Origin: a virus
IMG/VR virus record: IMGVR_UViG_3300045988_181101
Length of the DNA stretch: 64,000 nt
Strand: one strand, 5' to 3'
Shown: piece by piece, positions 17,513-26,486 of the stretch
Numbering within the stretch: position 1 is the stretch's first letter
Layout of the letters: each line of letters starts with the position of its first letter
The notes under the pieces: generated by a model
Seen by the model: only the letters and a program-made list of their open reading frames with translations
What the model was told of the DNA's origin: nothing
The model's database searches: none
Translations under genes and position numbers: made by a program

Positions 17513-19189
17513 TTAGTTACTCTTATAAGATTTAAGAAGTTCCATATCTATCGATTGTATTTTATCAATATTATCAATAGATGTTCCTTTATTTACAGCA
17601 TTTATAACTTTAGATTTTTCTTTAAAAATTTCACCTATACGAGTATCAATAGTTTCATCAGATAAAAGAAAATACACATTAATACTATTTTTTTGTCCCA
17701 TTCTTTCTAAACGTGAAATTGCTTGTTCTAAATCAGTAGGACCTACAGGATATTCTATAAAAATCATATTACTACAAACCTTTTGTAAACCATCTACACC
17801 TGTAGATAATGTTGCAGTGTTTGCAAATAATATTTGTTTCTTTTCTTTCCATCTTTCTACTTTATTCATCTTATCTTCAGTAGTGCTTTCACCAATAACA
17901 AGTTCACTTTCATCTTTAAACTTTTGATGTAATTGTTTTAGAGGTTCTTTTAATGTACCAAACACTATGATCTTATCATCTTCGTTACTTTCGATCCAAT
18001 CTTTCAAAAATTGTTCTATAAAATTCAACTTACCTTCTAAAGACAATCTTTTCAAATTAGAAATTTTAACAAGATGTTCAGCTTTTAAAGCTCTTTCTGC
18101 AGCATCTATATCTATACCTTCAAGATATTTAATCAAATCGTTTTCAGCTTGTTTATATTCTTTTTTATTTGTAATTGAACAATTTACAGTTTGATTAATT
18201 ACATCAGGCAATTCTATCAACACATCTCTTTTACTCTTCCTAAAATAACAATAATGAGAAATTATTGAATTCAATTCTAAAGTATAAGAAGCTCCTGAAC
18301 AATCCAATCCAAATCTCGTTTTCTTAGCATTACAATATCTATATAAAAAATAGTGTAGACTTGGAAATATCTCCTTAAATCTTCCTAATATATCAAGTAC
18401 ATTTATTAGCTCTTGAGGTCTATTCATTATCAAAGTGCCACTTAAAGCCAAAACCTTCGTAGATTTTTTCACAATCTTTTTGACACTTCTTGATCTCAAA
18501 GACTTTGGATTTTTACATAAATGTATTTCATCTAAAATGACAGTACCCCATTTTTTAGATAGACTTCTTGAATATCTTAGTTTAATTTCCTCTTTTGAAC
18601 TTCCCCTTTTATAAAGATAATCGTAATTTATAATTGTCACATCTGCTTTCCAATCTGTATTCTCACCATCTTTAGAATCTATAACATGAATCGTTCTATT
18701 AGGGTTCCATTGTTTCCATTCTTTCAACCAACTTGATTTAACTGATGAAGGACATATTACTAAACAAGGAAATAAATCTAATACTTCTACATACAAAATA
18801 CTTTGCATAGTTTTGCCAGTTCCACATTCGCAACCGTTGATACAGTTACCATGATTGATCATATAAGTAATACCTTCTATTTGATAATCTCTTGGTTTCA
18901 TAGGAAAATCAAGATATTCTATCATTTCTCGAAGAAGATCTTCATCTATCGCTTTAGGTTTTTTCTTCAATTCGATTTCGCATGGCAACACAACTTTTTT
19001 ATTTTCAAATCTGTTTGATTCTAAAAACATTTTTAATTTATAAGAATCATCTAACCCTATTTGAAAATACCATTCTTTTGTTGCTATATTGTATTTTGCC
19101 TTGAATTCTTTTTTCATCATATCGATAAAATATCTATTATATTCAAAGCCTACATATATCCAATCTTTCTCTCTGTACCAATATCTCAT
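17513..19189 (-). CDS. SNF2-family DEAD/H helicase-like ATPase
   Basis: YQIEGI...CGTGKTMQS (motif I), ILDEIHLCKN (motif II), LSGTLIMNRPQEL, C-terminal helicase domain with QAISRLERMGQ. Track start 19207 is TTG; the first ATG is at 19187-19189. Confidence 0.85.
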   Translation of the reverse strand: MRYWYREKDWIYVGFEYNRYFIDMMKKEFKAKYNIATKEWYFQIGLDDSYKLKMFLESNRFENKKVVLPCEIELKKKPKAIDEDLLREMIEYLDFPMKPRDYQIEGITYMINHGNCINGCECGTGKTMQSILYVEVLDLFPCLVICPSSVKSSWLKEWKQWNPNRTIHVIDSKDGENTDWKADVTIINYDYLYKRGSSKEEIKLRYSRSLSKKWGTVILDEIHLCKNPKSLRSRSVKKIVKKSTKVLALSGTLIMNRPQELINVLDILGRFKEIFPSLHYFLYRYCNAKKTRFGLDCSGASYTLELNSIISHYCYFRKSKRDVLIELPDVINQTVNCSITNKKEYKQAENDLIKYLEGIDIDAAERALKAEHLVKISNLKRLSLEGKLNFIEQFLKDWIESNEDDKIIVFGTLKEPLKQLHQKFKDESELVIGESTTEDKMNKVERWKEKKQILFANTATLSTGVDGLQKVCSNMIFIEYPVGPTDLEQAISRLERMGQKNSINVYFLLSDETIDTRIGEIFKEKSKVINAVNKGTSIDNIDKIQSIDMELLKSYKSN

Positions 19190-19209
19190 ATTATTATTAA
19201 ATATCAAAT

Positions 19210-19241
19210 GGAGGAATCTTATTTCGCAATAAAGTTCCTCC
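19210..19241 (-). terminator. terminator-like hairpin after ligA
   Basis: ggaggaatctt / aagttcctcc stem with a one-base bulge, 11-nt loop; followed on the minus strand by AUUUGAUAUUU. Confidence 0.4.
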
Positions 19242-19267
19242 TAACTTTTAAACAAAACTAAATTTGG

Positions 19268-21190
19268 CTACATTAAAAACTTTTCTTTAAATTCTTGAAG
19301 TGTAAAAATAGGTATACCTAATTGTTCAGCTTTACTTTCTTTTGTAGATCCACTATTCTTGATTTTAGTCACTACACAAGAAGTTTTTTTACTTACAGAC
19401 GATCCTATTTTATGACCTTTATCAGTTAATTGTTTTTCAAGATTCTTATCTCTAAATCCTGTAAAGACAACTGTCATTTGACCTTCAAAAGTCCTTTCTT
19501 CTTGACCATAATAAGTAATAGGAATATCAATATCATTATTCATCCACCAATCTACAACACCTTGAATAAACGAAATAGCTGTAGAAACACCTACACCTTC
19601 AATATTTTTTTCAATATCTAAAGCCCAACTTTCATCGCATTCTTTTGCAAAAGAAGATATTTCTTTGTAGGAATATAATTTTAATCCATCAAGAATTTTC
19701 TGACACGTCTTTTCAGCGATTACTCCATTAAATACATTGCAAGCTGTTAAAAACTTTGCAAAATTTGTACCTTTCTTCTTCAAATCTTCAAATTGCTTTG
19801 AAAGTACTTTAGCTGCAACATTTCCTAATCCTTCAATCTTCTTCAAATCTTCTTCACTTAAATTGAGGATTTTAAAAGGAGTATCGTAACCAGCATTAAA
19901 TAATTTTTTAATCGTAGGCTCTCTAAATTCCTTAAAGTCTAATACTGAGAAGAAATAAACACATTTAGCAAGTTTAATACCGTCACAATTTGCATTTTTA
20001 CAAATCAAATCAACCTTATTTTCATCCCAACATAATTCTTTTCCACATAAAGGACATATAGAAGGCACTTTAGGATAAAGATTATTACTGTGAATAGTCT
20101 TTAAATGTTTAGGTATAACATCACCTGATCTACATATTATTACACGAGCATCTTTGATTATATTATTATTAACTATATATCGAGCATTATATGCAGTACA
20201 ACGAGACACTGTAGCACCACATAGATCTATAGGTTCAATGTTTACAACAGGAGCAAGTCGTCCATCTTTAGAAATTTGCCAATCTACACTTTTAACAACT
20301 GTTTCTTCTCTTTCTGACCAATCAGGATTTTTATAAGCAATAGCGTATCTTGGATTATTATTAGGTAATCGACCAAGTTCTGCTCTTAAATTCGAATCAT
20401 TAACGTCTATAACAAGACCATCACATTTATATCCACGTGTTAAATCTTCGAATAATTTATTCATCAAATTTATAAAAGATTCTTCAGATGTAACCAACGA
20501 ACCTACTGTTGTTGAAGCATATTGAACTTGCGAACTTGGTATAGTTGCTTCGTTTAAAAAATCAAGTTGTTTTTGTTTTGACCAATCTTCTCTATCACAT
20601 CCATAACGTACATATGTAACGTGTGATAATATAGGATTGACTTCTGATGAATTAATTAAACCTGCAACTGCATTACGAGCTGATTTATATCCAGCGTCTT
20701 CTTTAATTTTTAAGAAATCAGTCGTTTTAAATATAGCTTCACCGAATGTGATTTCTATTTGATCAAAATCTTTCGGTTCCCATTGACTTCCTTTTATAAG
20801 TTTATAATGTTCGGAACAATCTTGACCATATTCACCATCACCTCTCGTTAAAGCATGACCTACAACATCATTAACACATAATGAAATACCATCATATTTA
20901 GGGGTTATAATCAGTTTATCAGAAAGTTTAAGATTACATGATTCAATCCATCTTTTAATTTCTTCATACGTTTTAACCTTTTCTAAACTGTACATAGGAA
21001 GATGTAATTTTTGTTTCCTTCCTTTAACTTTGTCTTGAACACCTTTTTTAAACCAATCATTATTAGGATCTATTTTATGTAAAACATCGATTAATTCATC
21101 GTATTCAGAATCTGTCATAATTGGATTACCCCTACGATAAGCATCATTTGCTTTTCTTATTTCACTTACTCTTTCTTCTATAGATTTCAT
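19268..21190 (-). CDS. ligA: NAD+-dependent DNA ligase
   Basis: N-terminal Ia-like segment NDAYRRGNPIMTDSEYDELI; adenylation motif TPKYDGIS; Zn finger CPLCGKELCWDENKVDLICKNANC; HhH region; C-terminal BRCT-like VVFTGFRDKNLEKQL. Confidence 0.95.
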   Translation of the reverse strand: MKSIEERVSEIRKANDAYRRGNPIMTDSEYDELIDVLHKIDPNNDWFKKGVQDKVKGRKQKLHLPMYSLEKVKTYEEIKRWIESCNLKLSDKLIITPKYDGISLCVNDVVGHALTRGDGEYGQDCSEHYKLIKGSQWEPKDFDQIEITFGEAIFKTTDFLKIKEDAGYKSARNAVAGLINSSEVNPILSHVTYVRYGCDREDWSKQKQLDFLNEATIPSSQVQYASTTVGSLVTSEESFINLMNKLFEDLTRGYKCDGLVIDVNDSNLRAELGRLPNNNPRYAIAYKNPDWSEREETVVKSVDWQISKDGRLAPVVNIEPIDLCGATVSRCTAYNARYIVNNNIIKDARVIICRSGDVIPKHLKTIHSNNLYPKVPSICPLCGKELCWDENKVDLICKNANCDGIKLAKCVYFFSVLDFKEFREPTIKKLFNAGYDTPFKILNLSEEDLKKIEGLGNVAAKVLSKQFEDLKKKGTNFAKFLTACNVFNGVIAEKTCQKILDGLKLYSYKEISSFAKECDESWALDIEKNIEGVGVSTAISFIQGVVDWWMNNDIDIPITYYGQEERTFEGQMTVVFTGFRDKNLEKQLTDKGHKIGSSVSKKTSCVVTKIKNSGSTKESKAEQLGIPIFTLQEFKEKFLM

Positions 21191-21225
21191 ATTTTTATTG
21201 TTTTTAATTGTCCTTTTTCAATACC

Positions 21226-21256
21226 TAAAGATACTCCTTATTTTGGAGATAACAAA
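21226..21256 (-). promoter_or_regulatory. candidate promoter (TTTG-N19-TATCTTTA) for ligA
   Basis: Minus strand TTTG-N19-GTATCTTTAGG, 35 nt upstream of ATG 21190. Confidence 0.5.
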
Positions 21257-21275
21257 CGTTTATCTCCAAAATAAG
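21237..21275. repeat. perfect 16-bp inverted repeat with 7-nt loop
   Basis: cttattttggagataa (21237-21252), caaacgt, ttatctccaaaataag (21260-21275). It lies 23 nt after the stop at 21298. The -33-like TTTG sits in the loop. Confidence 0.85.
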
Positions 21276-21297
21276 AACGAATTAAAGACTTTTAAGA

Positions 21298-21630
21298 TTA
21301 TTCACCGAAGAATTGTTTAGTCATTTGTTCTCTTTTGTATCTTATTTTATCTTCTACACCTTCCTTTTTAGCATTTTCCTTGTAACGTTTCTTTAATACT
21401 GATGCTTTATCTTCGTTACTTTTTGAATTAAAAGACATAAATGATATATTTATATCACCTTCATTTTTAGGAAGTTCCTCTCTATATCCCATTTGTTGTC
21501 CACAACATTTACAATAAGGAATGTTTATAGGAACTGTACCATTTTCTGTATATTTAAATGTAGGATTTATTTCGAGAATCTCTTTTCCAAAATTTTTACA
21601 TTTTTCGTTTTCACACTTCCAATATAACAT
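21298..21630 (-). CDS. Zn-ribbon protein, hypothetical (start trimmed)
   Basis: CENEKCKNFG...CKCCGQQM; track start 21639 is TTG, first ATG at 21628-21630. Confidence 0.45.
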   Translation of the reverse strand: MLYWKCENEKCKNFGKEILEINPTFKYTENGTVPINIPYCKCCGQQMGYREELPKNEGDINISFMSFNSKSNEDKASVLKKRYKENAKKEGVEDKIRYKREQMTKQFFGE

Positions 21631-21642
21631 AATCTTCAATTT

Positions 21643-21951
21643 TTAATACTCATTCTTTTTATCAGAAATTAACCACATATAATTATCATGTCCAAATTTA
21701 AAATCCTTTTTTGAACGACCTTGAATTCTTTCTTCAAAAGAGATAGGATTCATCTGAGATATTTGAAAAACCATGTGTTCTGCAAGATCAGTCACATCTT
21801 GTGCCCCTCTAACTTCATTAAAGTACACATCACGAGTTTTTGGAGAAAAACTCTCAACAAGATAAACTTTTATTTTACCTAAAAAATCAATAACAAGAAA
21901 TTGTTTCTTAGTCATTGCTACTATAGTCCATAAATCATTTATATCTATCAT
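21643..21951 (-). CDS. hypothetical protein
   Basis: ATG-initiated ORF. Confidence 0.45.
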   Translation of the reverse strand: MIDINDLWTIVAMTKKQFLVIDFLGKIKVYLVESFSPKTRDVYFNEVRGAQDVTDLAEHMVFQISQMNPISFEERIQGRSKKDFKFGHDNYMWLISDKKNEY

Positions 21952-21962
21952 AACCTTATTAT

Positions 21963-22484
21963 TTAAAAATTCATTCTACGTCCATATTCAGCCATAAGTA
22001 AACTGTCAGAAAAGTTATCATCTTCATTCTTACATTTATTTGTTCTTCTAAGATCTACAGTAGGAAAAATTCTATGAGAAGCTAAGAAGCTCATTTTCTT
22101 TGTATCAATAACTTGAGTTTTACCTGTTGTAGAAGGTTTTGTTATCACATTAATTCCTCTAAACATTTCTTTTTGCCAAATCTTGGGATTTACTTTTGTA
22201 TAAGGTAACCCGATTGTAGCAATAACACCTTCGATTAATCCTGCTATAAATCCAAAGTTAAATGTTCCTTTTGCTGAACTACCGAAAATTGCGTGTATAT
22301 TCTCAATTATAACATGACAATTATCTTCATACTTAGAAAGGTTTAATAATGTATTACTTATTTCGACTGCATCTACATTTTTCGCATTTTTCAATAAAAA
22401 AAATGATTCTATGAATTTTCCAGTTTCATCTACAATCGAGATACAACCTTTAACACCGGGGTCTATACCTATATAATATTTCAT
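21963..22484 (-). CDS. RuvC-like Holliday junction resolvase
   Basis: YIGIDPGVKGCISIV (first acidic residue), VIIENIH (Glu), SDSLLMAEYG (C-terminal Asp); sits in the recombination module. Confidence 0.7.
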   Translation of the reverse strand: MKYYIGIDPGVKGCISIVDETGKFIESFFLLKNAKNVDAVEISNTLLNLSKYEDNCHVIIENIHAIFGSSAKGTFNFGFIAGLIEGVIATIGLPYTKVNPKIWQKEMFRGINVITKPSTTGKTQVIDTKKMSFLASHRIFPTVDLRRTNKCKNEDDNFSDSLLMAEYGRRMNF

Positions 22485-25400
22485 ACTTCTAATCTACTTA
22501 CTCCATTTTCTTTAATAACGCGAATTTGACTAATTTCTTCATTCAGTTTTGGTACATGAGTAACTATAAGAATAGGTTGCTTGAAGAAACTTATAGAAGT
22601 TGTAATATTCTCAATACCAAGTGAATCTACACTTTCCAATATTTCATCTATAAGTAAGAATTGCATTCCACCATATTTCTTAGTAGTGTTGATCATTGAT
22701 TGAAGAGCAAGTATAAGTGCTATTTCACAACGTGCTTTTTCACCTTCAGAGTAAAATGTAAATAATTCCATTTCATCTCTAAAAATGTAAGGTGTAATTT
22801 CTTCTTTAAGTTTACCGTTTGCACCTTTCTTAAAACCTTCAATCATTAATCTTAAATCACTACCCATTTTCTTTAAAATATCATTAGCAGAAAATTGAAT
22901 ATTCTTCAACTGTTCCATTGCAAGATACATTTTAAAATCCTTGAAACGTTGAGTCCATTGATTTATATTGAAAATATCATTTGTTTTATCTTCTATTTTT
23001 GAAGCAATTTTAGAAATAGATTTGTTTATACTTTCTATTCGTTTTTCAATATTAGATGTATCTTTTTCTTTTAATGGTTCTTTTAAAATTTCTTGAATAA
23101 GTTTTTCTTTATGTTCTATTGTCTCATAAGCTAACTCAACTTCAACTTTACCTGATTTTAAATTCTTATTCAATTTTAAAATCTGTGTATCAATAGTATC
23201 AATTGATTGAATTACGGTATTTAATTTATTTTTAATTGATCGTTGTGATTGTAATATAGAGTTTTCTTCATTTTCAGTCTCCTTTCTTAGAGAGTTATAT
23301 TCTTTTATAACTTCATCTAAATCTATTACAATTTGATTACATTCATCCTTTTCTTCTTTTTCTTTTTCAATAGAATTATTACACTTATCCTTTTCTTCTT
23401 TTAATTCGTCAATATTTTTATCACATTTAAGAAGGAATTCGTGATGACATTTAGGACAAACAATCACACCTGACAAGATATTATCTATAGAATTAAGAGT
23501 TGATTTCAATTCCCTTATTCTATCATTATGTTTATCAATTTCCTTTTCTGTAGACCTTTTATCTTCTTTATATTGATTTAAATCTTTATCAATTTCACTA
23601 TATACTTCTTGAAATCTATTTAAATCAATAGACGATAATTCTTTTTCAACCTTTTCTTTTATTTTTTCAAGATCCTCTTTCTCTTTAAATTTATCCTCGA
23701 GATCCTTTTGATAAGAACCTAATAAAATTTGCAAATCTTGAGTCTTATGATCAATTTTCTGAATTTCTTGTCGAATCTCTTCAATTCGCTCATTTCTTTC
23801 AGCTTCTTGATCTTTAGAATTTTCTTGTTCTAATTGTTCTTCATATACAGAAAGTTTGCCTGTCAATAAAGATTTTTCATCTTCTAATGAACGTTTTTCT
23901 TCAGTTATTTCATCAATTTTTTCTATAATAACATCCTTCGTTTTATCAATCTTTGAAAAATTGATAAAACGACTTATAAGAGCCAATTTTTCAGTATTAG
24001 ATGCTTTAAAGAAAGAATTATAATTATCTTTTGTTACAATATAATAAGATTTAGCATCTTCTGCAGAAATTTCAATCCAATTAGATACATATCTATTTCC
24101 ATCAAGAACTGTAGCACAATTTACTGGTGTAACCTTTTCATTTTCATCAATCAAAGATAATCTTAATGTAGACGAACCTTTTATACGTATTTCTCTTTCT
24201 ATAGATAGAGTTTGTTTACGTATAGGGCAATATATTTGAACACAAGTATAAGCTACATCAAATCCATATCGAATCAACTTTTTATCTACATTTCCACGTA
24301 AATTAACACCGTAAATACCATAAAATAAACCTTGACCAAAAAATGAATTATGTGTAACAATAAAATTGTTGGTTAAATATAATCCATCTTTATTAGAAAC
24401 GGTAATACATTGCATTTCTTCTTTTCCAACATATTGAATATCAACAATTCTCCGATCAACACAGTTCATTTTCTTCTCTTGCATCAATCTTTCAGATTTT
24501 CTTTTCAGATGAAAAAGATCAAGTCCTTTAGGAGGAACAATTCTTAACCGATAACTATCCTTACATTGAATTTTCTCTCCTTTTTTATTCTTATAAGAAG
24601 ATTTTAAATGAGAAACTTTATGACATAGACAACCGAGACTTCTTGCTATAAAAGCAACGTCTTCAATTAATTGTTTAGAAGTTAAAGTTAATTCTACCTT
24701 TCCTCTTTTATCAACATATCCGTCTGTATCTAAAAGGCCTCTAAGAAGTTCAAGTCTGACTTCTTTATTATTGTACATGTATTCCTTCGGAATAAATTTT
24801 TCAGAAGAATAAAGTCCAAATAAATTATATTTTTCTAAGATCTTCCAAAAAGCATCTTCTTGATTTTGAACTTTATTAATACGATAATCAAGTTTATTTG
24901 ATGATTGAACTAATTCAAATTTTTTATAAAAATTCAATCTATTTACAATCTCTTCGTCAGGTGAAGTAAAACCAATAATTTTTTGTGTAAATCCTCCATC
25001 ACCTAACAAAGCTCCTAAGGTGTAGGGGTCAATATCGACTTTTTGATAAGGATAATCTATACAATCGACTGTTGGCACTCTATATCTATAAGGATTACTA
25101 TTTCCACAATTACATTGTATAGATTGTTTCATTATATCTTTAAGCGATTTTATAACCCATTTCTTAGGAGTATAACATGAAGCAACTTTCCATAGATGCT
25201 CGTTATTACATTTGACTTTTGTTCCATCATTGAATGTAATTTCGTAACAATCAATGATTCCTTGAGGATGAATCGCTACTACTACTTGTTCTTTTCCATC
25301 AGAACCTAAAATTTTAGTTCCAATTCTAACATCTCTCATTTTTATAGATCCGGATAATGTCATAATATCAGAATCTAAACTCTGCGCTTTACCTCCACCA

Positions 25401-25522
25401 TTTGAAAGTTGATCATCCTGAGTTCTATTCTCTCCTATTACAGCAATAGGTTTGTGTACAAAATCATAATCAAGAGATTCAAATGGACCAAAATTCTTTA
25501 ATACTAATCTTCTTGGATACAT
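22481..25522 (-). CDS. Rad50/SbcC/T4 gp46-like recombination ATPase, interrupted by an intein
   Basis: N-extein ...GENRTQDDQLSNGGGK joins C-extein SFFGQGLFYGIYG to rebuild Walker A NGGGKS. Long coiled coil with central CPKC zinc-hook-like motif. C-terminus has the signature/Walker B region LLIDEILESVD. Confidence 0.85.
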   Translation of the reverse strand: MYPRRLVLKNFGPFESLDYDFVHKPIAVIGENRTQDDQLSNGGGKAQSLDSDIMTLSGSIKMRDVRIGTKILGSDGKEQVVVAIHPQGIIDCYEITFNDGTKVKCNNEHLWKVASCYTPKKWVIKSLKDIMKQSIQCNCGNSNPYRYRVPTVDCIDYPYQKVDIDPYTLGALLGDGGFTQKIIGFTSPDEEIVNRLNFYKKFELVQSSNKLDYRINKVQNQEDAFWKILEKYNLFGLYSSEKFIPKEYMYNNKEVRLELLRGLLDTDGYVDKRGKVELTLTSKQLIEDVAFIARSLGCLCHKVSHLKSSYKNKKGEKIQCKDSYRLRIVPPKGLDLFHLKRKSERLMQEKKMNCVDRRIVDIQYVGKEEMQCITVSNKDGLYLTNNFIVTHNSFFGQGLFYGIYGVNLRGNVDKKLIRYGFDVAYTCVQIYCPIRKQTLSIEREIRIKGSSTLRLSLIDENEKVTPVNCATVLDGNRYVSNWIEISAEDAKSYYIVTKDNYNSFFKASNTEKLALISRFINFSKIDKTKDVIIEKIDEITEEKRSLEDEKSLLTGKLSVYEEQLEQENSKDQEAERNERIEEIRQEIQKIDHKTQDLQILLGSYQKDLEDKFKEKEDLEKIKEKVEKELSSIDLNRFQEVYSEIDKDLNQYKEDKRSTEKEIDKHNDRIRELKSTLNSIDNILSGVIVCPKCHHEFLLKCDKNIDELKEEKDKCNNSIEKEKEEKDECNQIVIDLDEVIKEYNSLRKETENEENSILQSQRSIKNKLNTVIQSIDTIDTQILKLNKNLKSGKVEVELAYETIEHKEKLIQEILKEPLKEKDTSNIEKRIESINKSISKIASKIEDKTNDIFNINQWTQRFKDFKMYLAMEQLKNIQFSANDILKKMGSDLRLMIEGFKKGANGKLKEEITPYIFRDEMELFTFYSEGEKARCEIALILALQSMINTTKKYGGMQFLLIDEILESVDSLGIENITTSISFFKQPILIVTHVPKLNEEISQIRVIKENGVSRLEV
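24347..25387 (-). mobile_element. intein (347 aa) with LAGLIDADG homing-endonuclease domain; class 3-like (Ala1, Trp-Cys-Thr triplet)
   Basis: Starts AQSLDSDIMTLSGSIKM and ends FIVTHN followed by S. Block B is NNEHLW, block F MQCITV, block G VTHN. LAGLIDADG motifs are LGALLGDGGF and LLRGLLDTDGYV. Confidence 0.8.
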
Positions 25523-26484
25523 AACATCTTTTCTTTAACAGATTCGTTAATTTCATCAAACAATTCTTTATCTTGTAATAAAGCTTCTCTAACATTATCC
25601 ATTCCTTGTCCTAATCGATAATCATCGCCATAATAGAACCAAGCTCCTTTTTTCTGACACAAACCAAGTTTTACAGCAAGTTCTACTGTTTCTTGAACTA
25701 TATCGAATCCGACTCCAAATCTCAACATTACTTCACACGTTCTTAATGGAGGAGCTATCTTATTTTTAACTATCTTAATTTTAGTCTTATTAGCTACTGC
25801 TATATCTCCACTTTTATCTGTGCTGATTCGAGCAAACTCGACTCTTTGTGTAGAATAAAATTTAAGAGCTTCACCACCAGGAGTTGTTGTTGTAGGTCCA
25901 AAACCAAAACCTCCATTAATTTTTTGTCTCACTTGATTAATACATAATAGAATGTTTCTATTCTTATTACATATGTTCTTGAAAATTCCTAATTGTGCAG
26001 ACATTAATCGAGCAATCAATCCAATCTTAGCATCACCAACATCACCTTCAATTACACATTGAGGAACAAGACCTGCTACTGAATCAAGAACAACAATACC
26101 TATCTCAGGTTCTTCTAATCCTAAACGAACAGCTTCAAGTGCACTTTCTGCAGTATCAGGTTGAGAAAGTAGAAATTTATTTTGATCTAAATCAAGTCCT
26201 ATTTTCTTAGCATATTCAAGATCTAAAGATTGTTCTGTATCAACATAAAATACAGCTTTACCTCTTTTTTGCACTTCCTTACATAAATGTAATGCAGCAG
26301 TTGACTTTCCTGATGATGGTGGTCCATATATCTCATGTATACGAGCATTTGCAAAACCTCCTCCAAGAACTTCGTCAAAAGCTAAAGATCCTGACGAAAT
26401 TGTTTCCACTTCTATTTTCTTCGTCACAACAATACCTTGTCCTAATCTTTTTTCAATAGTTGATAAAAATTTATCTAATGCCAT
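25504..26484 (-). CDS. recA: RecA recombinase
   Basis: FDEVLGGGFANARIHEIYGPPSSGKSTAALHL (Walker A), IVVLDSVAGLVP (Walker B), bacterial RecA-like length; overlaps the downstream gene by 19 nt. Confidence 0.95.
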   Translation of the reverse strand: MALDKFLSTIEKRLGQGIVVTKKIEVETISSGSLAFDEVLGGGFANARIHEIYGPPSSGKSTAALHLCKEVQKRGKAVFYVDTEQSLDLEYAKKIGLDLDQNKFLLSQPDTAESALEAVRLGLEEPEIGIVVLDSVAGLVPQCVIEGDVGDAKIGLIARLMSAQLGIFKNICNKNRNILLCINQVRQKINGGFGFGPTTTTPGGEALKFYSTQRVEFARISTDKSGDIAVANKTKIKIVKNKIAPPLRTCEVMLRFGVGFDIVQETVELAVKLGLCQKKGAWFYYGDDYRLGQGMDNVREALLQDKELFDEINESVKEKMLCIQED

Positions 26485-26486
26485 AA

